A stretch of 63,845 nt of DNA, the filler included, from Reclinomonas americana ATCC 50394 (Eukaryota), in NCBI GenBank assembly GCA_048213135.1. It is 8 parts of 6 records of this genome, joined end to end, with 100 filler letters (N's around TTAATTAATTAA, not from the genome) between each part and the next. Parts side by side here need not be neighbours in the genome. Positions count along the whole stretch, not along the records: positions 22,224 to 27,936 come from PS015620.1; positions 28,037 to 41,395 come from PS015621.1; 6 more parts are not named here. One strand, given 5' to 3'. Position 1 is the stretch's first letter. Every line of letters begins with the position of its first letter. A program made the position numbers and the translations under genes. This document shows positions 27,515 through 40,742 of the stretch, one piece after another. The notes beneath the pieces are model-generated. The model searched no databases, was not told where the DNA came from, and saw only the letters and a list, made by a program, of their open reading frames with translations.

Positions 27515-28666
27515 GCTTTCTTTTCTCTCTCAAGTACACTCGAAAACAAACACAAAAAAACACGAACACGACAAGGGCTAAATATGGCGCCTCCGTCACC
27601 ACTCGTCCATGCGGCCTATTTCTGGACCTGGCACAAGTGCTGCTTATGGCTCGATGGTGGCGGAGGCACCAGACAGCTTGCCGGCGTCGTCTCTTCAGCA
27701 GGTCATGAGATCGATATGCAAATCCGACAAAGAACTCAATCTAGATATCGATATATATCTCGCAGCGATGCCCCATCGCCCTTGAGTTGCCTCTCCTTCC
27801 GTCCACAGTGCACCACGTCATGCATCCATCGCTGGTGCTTGCATTCGTGCAACGGAAGAAGTTGTCGTCGGACTTGTCGGACTTCTTGTTCTTCCGAGTC
27901 CTATTTCTTTTATTCATTTCTCTCTCTTGTCGCGCGNNNNNNNNNNNNNNNNNNNNNNNNNNNNNNNNNNNNNNNNNNNNTTAATTAATTAANNNNNNNN
28001 NNNNNNNNNNNNNNNNNNNNNNNNNNNNNNNNNNNNCGTTCATGCGCCAAACGGTGGACGAGTGACAACTGCGGAAGCAAGGGTGAGAGCTGGCGAGGAT
28101 CTGGATGTAGTTTCGTCGCCATAATGATCGCAGTGTGGCCGGCGTGATTCAACAACGGCAGCAGCAGCGCGCGCGGGGAGTCACAGCACAGCAGCAGTAA
28201 ACTGGCATGTCAGCGTTTGGATCGTTTCTCCACCGCGCCTGTGCGCTCTCGGAACGCTGCGGTGCTGAAGGATGCCACGAATTTCGCACAGTGGCAGCTT
28301 AGATCTACCTGCTTCAACGATGCAACGGAAACGCCATCGTTACTGTTCTGCGATATCGATGTCTCCGTCCCTGGTGCTCACTCAAGAGGGTGATCATCAT
28401 GCAGCTGCGTTGCTGGTTGGATTCGCAAAGTTGCAACTTGCAAGGGTCAAGAGGATCCTTGTATGTTGCGCTCCTGCGACCGCGGCGGACACGTTTCGAT
28501 TACAAAGTACACAGCGATCGCGACACGCACCGCAAACACACCAACGCCAACCTCCTCACCAACGCCACCACTCAACGCACTCACGTGAAGTCGACTTGGG
28601 AGACAAGAAAGAAAGGCGCGAGCGGAAAATTACACTCTTTCACTTGCTTCTCTGTGTGTGTTCCGC

Positions 28667-29151
28667 ATGGGCAGTGTGGCCTCCAGCGGCGGCAGCTCCA
28701 GCGGAGGAGGAGGCGGAGTCGGCACAGGCAGTGCCAGCAGCGCAGCCACGACCACCACACTCTCCACCACTCGCCGCTCCCACACTCGCCTCGTCAACCC
28801 TCTGCCTGTCTCCTCTCTCGCGCCTCCTCCTCCTCTTCCTCCTCCACTCACCGACTCCAGTGATGACGAGGAGGAGGAGACTGAGTGGGGCGAGTGTGAG
28901 GAGACGAGCAGTGACGGAGGTGGAGTGATGGTGAAGAGAGTGGAGGAGAGTGAGAGTGGAAGTGGAGGAGGAGGTGTGCCGAGAGTGGTGGCGTTGCCTG
29001 TGTCGTCGCGACCGCGATCGTTGTCGAATGGGTCGCCCATAAGTGTGGCATCGCGGTGAGTGTGAAAGGAGAGAGAGAGAGAGAGAGAGGAGGAGAGAGA
29101 GAAGGGAAGAGTGTGAGTGTGTGAGTGAGAGAGAGAGAGAGACAAAGGGAA

Positions 29152-29182
<31 letters not shown>

Positions 29183-32100
29183 CGGAGAAAGTGTGTGAGA
29201 GAGAGGAAAGCGTGCAAAGAGTGTGTGCTTTTGTGTGTGTGTATAATGAGAGAGTAGTGTGTGTGTGTGTGTGTGTGTGTTATGGGAGAGAGAGCAGAGT
29301 GTGTGTGAGTGTGAGAGTGTGTGCGTGTGTGTTATGGGAGAGAGAGAGCAGAGTGTGTGTGAGTGTGAGCGCACAAAACACGCATTGTCTGTTTATTGAC
29401 TGTGCTTGTTCTCTCACTCACTCTTGTGCATTGTGCTCATACACAGGCGCGCTCACTCTCTGTCTCTCTGTCTCGCTTTCTCTGTGTGTGTATGAGAGAC
29501 TTGTGCAATCGAACAGTGCTTGTTGGTGATGGAGCACGCTTGTTTGAGTATGAGTATGTGTGTGTGAGAGAGTATTGGTCACTCAGGCGCTGTCTTCCTT
29601 GCATGTCTGTTGCTCTTTCACGGCATTTTGTTGGGTGTGTTTAGTGCCTCCTTGCATCTGTTTCTCTCCTTCACATTGTCTCTATACTCTCGTCTTCACT
29701 TGCATGTCTCTTTTCCCTCTTACTTGCTTCCCTCACTCGCCTGGCGCTCTTCCTTCACGATCAACGCCTCCCGTTGCCTCTTCCCTCTCGGCGTCTCTTG
29801 CACTCAACGCGGAGCATTCCAGCTTACTGTTTCTCTCCTTCACATTGTCTCCATCCTCTCGTCTTCACTTGCATGGCTTTCCCTCTTATCAGTGTTGTGC
29901 ATTCACTCGCCTGGTGCTCTTCCTTTCCGATCAACGCCTCCCGTTGCCTCTCGGCGTCTCTTGCACTCAACGCGGAGCATTCCGGCTTACTGTTTCTCTC
30001 CTTCACTTTGCCTCTGTCCTCTCTTGTCATCCATGTTCTCCTTCCTTTGTTTTGCCTTCACCTGCAGGGCGGTCTTCCTCGCGGTTCCCTTCCCATTACA
30101 GCGTCCCTTTGCCTCTTTGCTCGCCGTTTCTCTCGGTCTCTCTTGCATGTCGCTCATTGGTTTCGTGACTTGTCTCCTCTTACTCCCTCCCTCTCGCCTT
30201 CTCTTCCATGTTGCGTTCTTTCTCTCTCTTCCACCGGGCGCTTTTCCTCGTGTTTCCTTTCCGATCGCATCCTTCCGTTGCCTCTTCCCTCTCATCTTTT
30301 ACATTCAACGCGGAGCATTCCGGCCAATGTTTCTCTTTCGTTCACCGTGCCTTTTTTTTTTCCTTTTTGGTTTCTCTTGCTCTCCCGAGTCAATCCCTGC
30401 CTCATCACGAGTTCTGCCTTCATCACCGCCTGCATTCTTCCTCGGCTCCTTCCACATCGCCGCTCCCTATTGCCACGTTTTCCCTTCTCGTCCTTCCATG
30501 TTGGTTGCCTCCTCTCACTCCTCTCTCTCCCTTTATCTCTCTCTCTCTCTCTCTCTCCCACTCCTCCTTCTCTCTTACCCCCTTCTCCCTCACCCTCCAG
30601 CGGCGTCACTGCCTCCGGCAAAACCAAAGCCAGCAACCTGTGCTTCCGCGTGATGCAGGAGCGCCATCGCAACGACCCCGCGTCACCGCTCTTTGCGATG
30701 CGGTCGCGCCTGGCCGGTCTGGGTGGACTGGGATCGCCGGACTCGGCGGACTCGACGGCCGCCGGGTCGCCCATGTCGGCGCCGGGTGGAAGCGCGTCGG
30801 GTGCGAATGCGGCGGGCGACGCCACGACGCCCGGATCACGATCGACGACCTCCATTACTGTCACGGCGGCAACTCCGGTGCCGACCAAGCATTTGCGGCG
30901 TTCGTCGCGCGCCAGCTCGACGGGCTCGTCCACTAGTGCGTGTCTCGTCGCATCTCTGTGTCACCCCTCACTCTCCCACTTTCTCGCTCGCTCCTTCACT
31001 CAGTGGACTCGTCGCTCGCCCTGCCACCGTCGTCTGGAATGGAGCAGCAGAGTACGGCTGGTGTCGCCTCGGCGGCTGGTGGTGCGGAGCAGTACACGAC
31101 GCTGCCGCCCGTACCCACCGCCGCCGAGTGCTGCTTCAAGGATAAATTTGTCGGCAATCCGTTTGACGAGTTGCAGGCGCTGGACGGGCACACCGATCGT
31201 GTGCGCACGCTTGTGCGGCTCAGCAACGGCGACGGCTGCCGGTTTGCGTCGGGCTGCGACGGTGGCGTGCTGTGTCTATGGCGCTCCGATTCGGGTGAGC
31301 GGCTGGCCGCTGTGCACGCACATTCGAGTTCGATTACCGCGCTGCTGGAGCTGGATCCGAAGCGCCTCGTGTCGGCCAGCTACGACCGCACGCTAAAAGT
31401 GTGGAACACGGACACGTTCGAGAACGAGATGACGCTGACGCAGCACGGCGGCAGTGTCAAGGTGCTGTCGTGGATCGACGGTTCGCGTTTCTGCTCGGGA
31501 GGCACCGACGGGACCATTTTGGTGTGGGACATGGATTTGCGGCTGTACTGTACCATTGTGCGATCGGCGGACGACGAGCAATGTGAGTCGGCTCGTGTAC
31601 TGTACCGCAAAGTCGCTCCACTTGCTCACATTGTGTCTCGAGCGCAGCGTTGTCCGGAATCGTGTCACTCTCGCACGGCCGTCTTATCGCCAGCTCTTCA
31701 TCGTCTGATCTCTGTTGCGTTCTCTCCGTTCTCTGTGCCTTTCAGTGGCAAGGTGCACTCACCGTGTCCGTTCTTTTCTATCGCAGTTGTGTACGTGTGG
31801 CCGACGAAAAAGACCGCGCCACCACCAGAACCGTGGTGTCTCGGTCGCTTGTCGGTTCATCGCGAGAGTGTGCAGTCTCTGTGTTCGATTTCGTCGTCGC
31901 GGTTCGCCTCAGGGTCCGCCGATGGCATGGTGGTGGTCTGGAATGCCTCCATGTGTTGCGTCCACACACCCAGTCGGATGTGCTGTTTATGTTCGTCTCG
32001 CCGCTCACTTTTTTCGCAGCATCTGCGGCGGCGCGTGACGTCACGGATGTGGAGGCTCGTCTCCCGGTGCCACTACGTGTGCTCAACTATTACGAAAATT

Positions 32101-33580
32101 ACTCGGTGGAACGGCGGGCACTGCCCTACGTGGTCAATGCGCTCGTCTTTATCGAGGTTCGGATATATATGAGTGGCTGGCTGGTTTCCTTCGTCACTTG
32201 TTTTCCCCTCCTCCTTCCTTCTCCTTCCGTCAACACTGCTTCTCCTCTACCGCCGCCATCTCCCTCCGTCTTCCCCCTCCGTCCTCCCCCTCCGTCTTCC
32301 CCCTCCGTCTCCCCCCTCCGTCTCCCCCTCCGTCTCCCCCTCCGTCTCCCCCTCCGTCTCCCCCTCCGTCTCCCCCTCCGTCTCCCCCTCCGTCTCCCCC
32401 TCCGTCTCCCCCTCCGTCTCCCCCCTCCGTCTCCCCCCTCCGTCTCCCCCCTCCGTCTTCCCCCTCCGTCTTCGCCCTCCGTCTTCCCCCNNNNNNNNNN
32501 NNNNNNNNNNTCCGTCCTTCCCCTCCGTCTTCCCCTCCGTCCTTCCCCCTCCGTCTTCCCCCTCCGTCTTACCCCTTCCGTCTTCCCCCTTCCCTCTCCC
32601 CCTTCCCTCTTCCCCCTCCTCCTCTTCTCCTCTCTCCTCTCCCCCTTCCGCGCCTCACCCCTTATCTCGCAGCAATCCAATCTGCTGGCCGTCGCCTCCG
32701 GCTGCGGCTTCGCTCTGTACAAGTACGAAAGCGGCGAGTGCGTGTGTTTTGTGCACGACGCACACCAGTCGCCGGTGAACGGTCTCGTGGCGGTCCACGA
32801 GGGTCGCCGACTGGTCACCTGCTCCGCCGACAGCATGTCGCACGTGTGGGATCTGTCGGTGAGGCGTTCCATTCGGAGCTCCTCTTCGCTGGTGCGCAGT
32901 CATGCTGTTTTGTTTGCTTCGAAGCCCTCTTCTCACTGTCTCATTTCCTGCCCTCAGAAATTCCCATTATCTGGTACCGCTGACTTGGTCAAGAGCCGCC
33001 AACAACGCTCACCGGCCGCGGCCAGTGGCGGCACACCACAGCGCCTGTTCAAGGCCTCGTCCTTGTCGGCTCCGACCCGACTGCCAACTGTGAGCATTGT
33101 CGGCGAGCTGGCCGTGCATACGGGATCGGTGGAGACCATCATGGGTCTCTCCGAAACCATGCTGGTCACCGGTGGTGCCGATGGTGTGCTGGCCATGTGG
33201 AAAGACGGACGTGTCGAGTCGTACAAGCGGCAATTGTGCACGCGTGCGATGCTGAAGCAGTGGATGGACATTGTCGGGAGCGAGGAGGAGGAGTCACCCG
33301 TGCACGAGGTACGAGACCCTCATCGTGTGAGTGGGAGAATGGTGACTTACTGTGTGTGGGTATATGCAGGCCGATGCCACGAGTCACGATTCTGGCGTCA
33401 ACACTGACGACTTTGGCCCGAACGACGCGACCGACATGAGCGAGCCATTCTCGCCCGCATTAGGAGTTTCGTGTGCATCTGCGGTGCGACTCGTCACCAC
33501 TTGTCTCTCACTCACGTCCTCTCTCTCTCTCACAGCCCTCACTGGCGTCGCTGGACCTGGCCGCCGTGACTGTACTCTAA
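28667..33580 (+). CDS. WDR41: WD repeat-containing protein 41 with low-complexity N-terminal extension; true start uncertain (may extend to 28272)
   Basis: NPFDELQALDGHTDRVRTLVRL...RFASGCDGG and C-terminal LVTGGADGVLAMWKDGRVES resemble WDR41 (NPYTELLVLKAHHDIVRFL...RFASAGDDG; ...LWKNGERES). Exon 28667-29055 joins in phase to 30601. Confidence 0.8.
29640..30330. repeat. Degenerate ~165-bp tandem repeats in the long WDR41 intron
   Basis: cactcgcctgg..ctcttcct..cgatcaacgcctcccgttgcctc..ggcgtctcttgcactcaacgcggagcattcc occurs at ~29734 and ~29904, with a partial copy at ~30255-30325. Confidence 0.8.
32260..32600. repeat. Intronic ~12-bp minisatellite (CTCCGTCTCCCC)n
   Basis: Directly visible tandem array, interrupted by a 20-N gap. 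Confidence 0.9.
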
Positions 33581-33769
33581 TAACTTAATGTATCTCTGGA
33601 AAATGTATGTAGCTGCAACACAACTACTTGTCTTCATTTCGGCCGATTAGGAGGGACGGCGGAGCGGATTAAGCAAAACAAGTGCATGGGGAGACGAAGA
33701 TAGAGAGAGAGTACGACACACACGGCGTTCCGATTATAGTGGAGGGGAAACGCGCGCACTGTGAGTCTC

Positions 33770-34451
33770 CTACAATTCGACGTCGGGGATGTCCTCGCGC
33801 TTGATGGTGAGGATCTCGTTGAAGGTGTCGGTGATAATCTTCAGTGCCTCGCGCAGCTCCTTCTCCGAGATCACCAGCGGCGGCGCAAAACGAATAATGT
33901 TGCCGTGCGTCGGTTTGGCCAGCACGCCGCGACTCTTCATGAGAACGCACAGATCGAACGCCGTCTTGTTGCCGCCAATCGGGCCAATCACGCAGGCGTT
34001 CAGCAGGCCCTTGCCGCGCACTTTCTCCACCACCTTGCAATTGGCTGCCACAATGGTGTCGCGGAAGATGTTGCCGAGGTGCTGCGCCTGTGCAGAGGGA
34101 GAAGGAAGACATGGTTCAGCGCGGGGCGATGCAGCGGCAAGAAAAGGGCACGGGCAGCAACGCACTCTCTCGGCGAGCTTCTCGTCGGCCACCACGTCCA
34201 GCGCCGCCATGGCCACGGCGGCGGCCAGCGGGTTGCCAGCAAAGGTGCTTCCGTGCGTGCCGGGCTCAATGGTGTGCAGGATCTCACGGTCGGCCAGCAC
34301 GGCACTCACTGCAGACAAAAGAGAAGGGAGGCGAGAAGGGGGAAGGAGGGGCGTAAGGGGAAAAGCGGATGCGAGGGATGGACGACGGCGAGAAGGAGGA
34401 AATGAGAGATGATGCGAGGGATGCAAGATGGAGAAAATAAAGGAAAGTGGA

Positions 34452-34521
<70 letters not shown>

Positions 34522-35120
34522 GACGAGAGAGAAGAGAAGGAGAGGAGGGAGGACGGAACGAACGAAGTAGGTAGGTAGGTAGTACGTACGTTAGGTAGGT
34601 AGGTAAGAAAGAAGTAAGTACGACGAACGAAANNNNNNNNNNNNNNNNNNNNNNNNNNNNNNNNNNNNNNNNNNNNNNNNNNNNNNNNNNNNNNNNNNNN
34701 NNNNNNNNNNNNNNNNNNNNNNNNNNNNNNNNNNNNNNNNNNNNNNNNNNNNNNNNNNNNNNNNNNNNNNNNNNNNNNNNNNNNNNNNNNNNNNNNNNNN
34801 NNNNNNNNNNNNNNNNNNNNNNNNNNNNNNNNNNNNNNNNNNNNNNNNNNNNNNNNNNNNNNNNNNNNNNNNNNNNNNNNNNNNNNNNNNNNNNNNNNNN
34901 NNNNNNNNNNNNNNNNNNNNNNNNNNNNNNNNNNNNNNNNNNNNNNNNNNNNNNNNNNNNNNNNNNNNNNNNNNNNNNNNNNNNNNNNNNNNNNNNNNNN
35001 NNNNNNNNNNNNNNNNNNNNNNNNNNNNNNNNNNNNNNNNNNNNNNNNNNNNNNNNNNNNNNNNNNNNNNNNNNNNNNNNNNNNNNNNNNNNNNNNNNNN
35101 NNNNNNNNNNNNNNNNNNNN

Positions 35121-35151
<31 letters not shown>

Positions 35152-36657
35152 CTGAGAGGCAGAGAGAGCACGAGAAGGAAGAAGAGGGTGAGGGGCGACA
35201 ACAGGAATGGGTGGAATCGATTTCGAGGTGTGAAAGATAATGCGACAAGTAGAAGAGGGATGGAAGAGAAGAGAAATGATGAAAACGGAAAGAGGGGGAA
35301 AGAGTGGTATGGTGGGAGAGAGAGGGAGAGACTGAGAGCTGGAAGAGAGAAAGCAAAGCGAGGAAAAGTTATGCATATGAAAGTCGTGAAACTCGATAAA
35401 GTGACATGTAGAGGGGAGAACGAAAAGAAAAAGAAAGGCTGAATGAGGACAGACGGAAACTGAATGAGAAGATGGGAAGAGAGAGACTAACTGAGATGGA
35501 AGAGAGAAAGCAAAGCGAGGAAAAGTAACGCACATGAAAGTCGTGAAACTCGATAAAGTGACAAGCACAGGAGAGACAGAAAGAATAAGGAGAAACGGAC
35601 GAGAGGGGAAAGACAGAGGGGGAGGTAAATAAGAGGGAATGGTTGTGTGAAGAGAGACTGAGAGATGGAACGAAGAAAAAGAACGTGCATGGACGGTGAC
35701 GGAAAGAACAAGCATGGGGAGAGGGGAGGAGAGAAAGCAGAAAGAGGAAGAACACGAGTAGGAGACAGGGAACAGCAGGGAGACTGAAGAAGGGAGAAAC
35801 GGAATCGGTGTAGGTGAGAGGACACGCCGAAGGCGAGATGACTCGAATGGCGAAAAGAAGGGAGGCCTGTGGCAGGTGGAAACTATGGCTTTCTCCGTTC
35901 CCCTTTCTCCCCCGTCCCCCCCTTCTCCCCCTTTCTCCCCCTTCCTCCCTTCTCCCCCTCTCCCCCCTTCTCCACACACCTGGATACACGCCACCACTCA
36001 ACGCCTTGCCGAGCACCAACACGTCCGGCTTCACATTCTCCCAGTCGCACGCCAGCAACTTGCCGGTCCTCGCAATGCCCGTCTGCACCTCGTCGGCCAT
36101 GAACAGCACATTGTGCTGCTTGCACAGGTCGTAGCAGCGCTTCAGGTAGCCTTCGTCGGGCACCACCACACTGCGAGACAACGAATGAGTGGCAGCACCC
36201 TCACAGGCAAGGAAACGGAGAGCCAGACACACCCGGCCTCTCCCTGAATCGGCTCGACCATAAAGCCGCACACATTCTTGCCGTGCTTCTCGAGCACATC
36301 ACGCAACGCCTCCACATTGTTGTAGGGAATCGACATGTGGCCACCGAGGAACGGACCCCAGTCGTTGCGCGACGTCGGATCGGAGGACATGGACACGGGC
36401 GTCATGGTGCGACCGTGGAAGTTGCCGGCACAGTTGATAACAATGGTCTCGTTGCGCGTAATGCCCTTCTTCACCACGCCCCACTTGCGCGCCAGCTTCA
36501 CCGAGCCCTCGACGGCCTCTGCATGCACGCAACGACAGAAGACCGCAGTGAGACAATCAGGGCACACACAAGCAAGCGCACGAGGAAACACAAGAGCACG
36601 CACAGCGACAAGGACAACAATGAGGGAATTTACAGCACAGACACAAACGAGTACACA

Positions 36658-36752
<95 letters not shown>

Positions 36753-37887
36753 CNNNNNNNNNNNNNNNNNNNNNNNNNNNNNNNNNNNNNNNNNNNNNNN
36801 NNNNNNNNNNNNNNNNNNNNNNNNNNNNNNNNNNNNNNNNNNNNNNNNNNNNNNNNNNNNNNNNNNNNNNNNNNNNNNNNNNNNNNNNNNNNNNNNNNNN
36901 NNNNNNNNNNNNNNNNNNNNNNNNNNNNNNNNNNNNNNNNNNNNNNNNNNNNNNNNNNNNNNNNNNNNNNCACACACACACAAGAGCTAACATTCATAAG
37001 CACGCACCAGCACCCGAGTTGGCCGGCAACACACAGTTGTACCCGAAAAACTCGCAAATCTTCTTCGTGTACAACGAGTACGCATCACTGTGGAACGCTC
37101 GACTGCCCAGAGTCACTCGATGCGCCTGCTGCACCAGCGCATCAATGATCTTCGGATGACAGTGACCTGTTCATAAAGCGTGAGAAGTCGCCGAAAAAAA
37201 CTGCGAAGATTCCGCGGAGCAAAATGTGAACACGCCGTCACTCCTTCGCTCTCCGCATCGCTCACATTCACACACGCACACTCACAGCAACGCAACACGC
37301 TGCACAATCAGCAGCAAGTCTATCTTGGCGCCATCTCAACTCGCAGTCAGTTACGCAACACAACAAACAGAGAGAGAGATGTCAAGAGAGAGCACATCCT
37401 GTTATCATCAATCGTGCTCTCTTCTCACTCTGCCTCACACACAACAAAACACACCAATGTATAACGATCGCATCTTTGCATCTTTTCCTCTCAGTCACAC
37501 TTTTCTCACTCACACAAACCTTGATTGACTGCCGAGTAGGCACTGAGAAAGTCGAAGTAGTGTCGACCCTCAGGGTCCCACACATGCACGCCTTGAGCGC
37601 GCGCAAACACCATTGGCAAAATGTGATAATTGTGCGCGCCATAAGTGTGTTCCATCTTTCAAACAAGAGAATCGCCATCAGTGTCGCGTTGTTTTACATA
37701 GTGTGTAAGTCAGTGTGCTTACCTCAATGGCCTCGCGAGAGGAGAGTCCCCACGGGGTGTCCACTGAGGAGAAGGAGCGAACAGTGTGGTGCTTGTTAGC
37801 CATCAGTGGCAGTGGCCAATGAGGCGCGGCCATCGCCAGTGACGATCGGGTGCATGCGCGGGAAAGAGAGGCACGAAGAAGCATCAT
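33770..37887 (-). CDS. OAT: Mitochondrial ornithine aminotransferase; 7 exons
   Basis: Transit-like N-terminus. [69 protein letters not shown] (PLP lysine), [10 protein letters not shown] and [10 protein letters not shown]. Confidence 0.97.
35320..35570. repeat. Two ~158-bp-spaced direct repeats in an OAT intron
   Basis: ggaagagagaaagcaaagcgaggaaaagt..gca.atgaaagtcgtgaaactcgataaagtgaca at ~35341 and ~35498. Confidence 0.85.
36653..36750. repeat. (CA)n microsatellite; similar (CA)n at 45280-45395, (GA/CT)n at 34455-34520 and 61098-61168, (CGTTA)n at 61064-61090
   Basis: Directly visible; most flank assembly gaps. Confidence 0.95.
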
Positions 37888-37989
37888 CTCCGCTCATTGA
37901 TGTGAAACGAGTGTGAATGAGAGAGAAAAGAGGGAGGACGCGGGACGAACATGTGACAATGAGAGCGATCATGAGAGCAAAGGAAGTGT

Positions 37990-38420
37990 GCGTGCTGGCC
38001 AGCACAGGTGATTAGGTAGCCAGTGGCGTTGCTAGTTCCGGATTCTCTGCTGTCTCGAGACAACTCGTGCGAACTGGCGAAGTGTCCATCTCCGATTTCG
38101 CGATATCGAACGCTGAAAGCCGAGATGCTGCACGTGAAACCTTGCTGGCTAGCTTCGTGGCGCAGCAGGTGGCTTTGGTAGGCAGTGGCATTGCGAGATC
38201 CAGATTCTTTGCAGCCTTGAGACAATTTGTGCGAACCGGCGAAGTGTCGACGCCTCTCCGATAGCGATATCGAAAAGCGGAGGCTCTGCACGTGCATATG
38301 CGTGTTGGCCAGCTTCATGATGCAATAGGTGGCCCGCACCTCATGCCGTCGCCAGTTCCAGATCCTGTGCTGTCTCGAGACAACTGGCGCGAAGTGGCCT
38401 GCCGAATTCGATGTTGCGGT
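37990..38420. repeat. Degenerate ~160-bp tandem repeat (about 2.5 units) upstream of OAT
   Basis: cc(a/g)gat..tgc.g.ct.gagacaa.t.g.gcgaa.tgg at ~38038, ~38199 and ~38358; gcgatatcgaa and ctgcacgtg each occur twice. Confidence 0.75.
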
Positions 38421-38949
38421 AAGAGCAAGCCAATGTGGAGCATTCGCGTGCTTGCCAGCGTCGAACTGGTAGTGACAAGCGGCTTATGCCCGTCGGTGCT
38501 GCCACAGTCTGCTGTTTTGCAACTGCCAGCTGCAGAACCTGCGTCAGGTTCTCGGCATCTCGACGCCACAGCGGACTCTGTTGTCGTGCCATACCCGAAC
38601 TACGCCGCTGTGTGACACAGATCGGCAGTCCTCCACTTATCTGACTTCCGAGAGAGAGTGTGCTCATCGATCAGCGTTCGCAACTAAGGGGTTTCTCGTT
38701 CACTATGATACACTCTGAAAGTGTGTGCACGCGCACAATCTGCGCCGACAAGAGCGTTACGTGTGCTGTTGAGCCACGGCACAGACTTGGAGATACACGC
38801 ATACCATCTCACTGCAAGATAGAGTCGAAGTCGAGGAAATCGTCGCATGACCAACTAAAGTCTTCCACCTCGAAGTTATTCTGTGCAGTAGACAGGGGGA
38901 ACAATTAGAAAACTGAGCATCGACAGCACATGTACATGAAACACAGGTC

Positions 38950-40742
38950 GTGCTCACCTGCCAGTCAAGACTCGCAAACGCCAGCTCACACTGCAGGGCG
39001 AGAGGCAACGAATCAGAGATACCTGTGGAGCACGTGGAGGGTGGCGTGCACAGAGCAGAACAGGAAGAAAAAAAGTGAATTGAAAGACGGTGTCGTTACC
39101 GGTGCAGCAGCGCTTGACTCGCAACACTCGGATTCCATCTCCTGCACGGGCGTCGTTGCGACGGGCAGATCGCATGCAGACTCTTCGTAGAGCATTATCG
39201 GTGTCCAGTGATCACTCGCCAATGTGTCCTTCTCCGTATCCACCGCCTGCACGCACCGGCGAGTGAGAAGTTTAGTCGAACACCGAGTGGGGGCAATGAT
39301 ACAGGAACGCACCATGTGACGGCTCTCCTCATCGGCATCGTCCTGAGCAACAGCACTGCTCTTTTCTTCAGCGTCGTAGTATGGAGCAGCAGCGCTTGGG
39401 CGTGCGTACGACGGCTGAGTACCAATCTGTGTGCCAAGACTTTGTGAGAAGGGGCGCATGGTTGGTGCTCCACAAAGGAAGGAAAGTGACTCACGCGGTG
39501 CCACACGCCGGGCAACGGCGTCAGCGTCGCGGTCGACGAGGCCCACGGTGCCACAGCAACTGAATGGTGCTGCGTCGAAAAGCAAGGTCAGCCAAAGCAG
39601 CCAAAGCAGCACAACACGCATGACTCTAACCAGTGGAGAGGCAGCGGGCAGCATGTGCATGGGGAACGACACTGGAGTGCCGCACGACCAAGCGCCGCTC
39701 GAGGGGACCAGCGGCGGCGGCGGCGACGGCGGTGGTGGCTGAGGCACCGACATAGGACCATCGATGCGCGGTTGCACAACGAGTGGTGGTGCCGCAGCCG
39801 ACACGAGAACAGGAGCACTGCCAACAAATGCACACACAAACGCTTTTTCACCACAGCAAATGCGCTGCAAATGAAGCCGGTTCGGTGTGGTTGACAACAA
39901 CGTGCAGCGCCCCTCCCTCATGCCGACCGCCAGCAGCCGTCACTCGTCGAACCAACATCACATCGACGCCATCGTCAGCAACGCAGCCGCCAACATCGTC
40001 GCCGTCACCCCCAGCCGGTTTCTTAAGCAGCTCAGTCAGGCGCGGCAGCGGTCCATCGTCACGCAGGAAGAACAGCCGGTTGCGCAAGTCATGCCTCTCC
40101 ACAAAGACCTTCCACGTAGCCCTTCGCTGGCTTGCAAACAAGCCGGTGCCACCATGCTGCGAAGAAGGATACTGTGAGAGGTGGGCGGGGGAAGGGAAAC
40201 GGAGGGGGGATAANNNNNNNNNNNNNNNNNNNNGGAGGACGAGGAGGAGGAGGAGGACGAGAGGAGGAGGAGGAGGAGGAGGAGGAGGAGGAGGAGGAGG
40301 AGGAGAAGAAGGAGGAGGAGGAGGGGGTAAGGTAAGGAGAAGAGGAAAAAGAAGCAACAAGCAAGAAGAAGAAAGAATATTACGACGATGATGGATGCAA
40401 CGAGGAGAAGAACAAGGCAAGAAAAAAGAGGAAGAAGAAAGAAGAGAATACGGAAATCTGATTCTCTCATGATCACTCTCTCACTCTCTCTCTCTCACAC
40501 ACACACACAACTTGCCCCCACCGACATACCATGCTGTTGAGCAAGCGCGCCAGATACGACCGACATTCCTTACGTTGCAGCTTGCGACCGGCGTGCGGAG
40601 CGCCCCGATAGACGACGCTTCCCGCGCATTGCAGGTCGCTCACAGTCGGATTCACAGGCCACACCACACGGAGAAGCTGGCGAATCGCTTCCTCCAACCA
40701 GTGCTCGACAACGTCGGCGGGCATACAATTGTGGAATGACAT
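38950..40742 (-). CDS. Unknown protein family X, copy A (conserved N-terminal domain plus low-complexity tail); 3' end approximate
   Basis: MSFHNCMPADVVEHWLEEAIRQLLRVVWPVNPTV...GRKLQRKECRSYLARLLNSM|HGGTGLF...HDLRNRLFFLRDDGPLPRLTELL. Intron positions are shared with copy B. Confidence 0.6.

Noticed and set aside
27583..28270. Possible genes flanking the spacer at 27981
   Set aside because: Short ORFs with no recognisable motifs or consistent splice pattern; not supportable.
37990..38420. Repeat upstream of OAT as a CRISPR array or coding repeat
   Set aside because: The units are long and degenerate along their whole length, with no repeat-spacer structure, no cas genes and no convincing protein. 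The context is eukaryotic.
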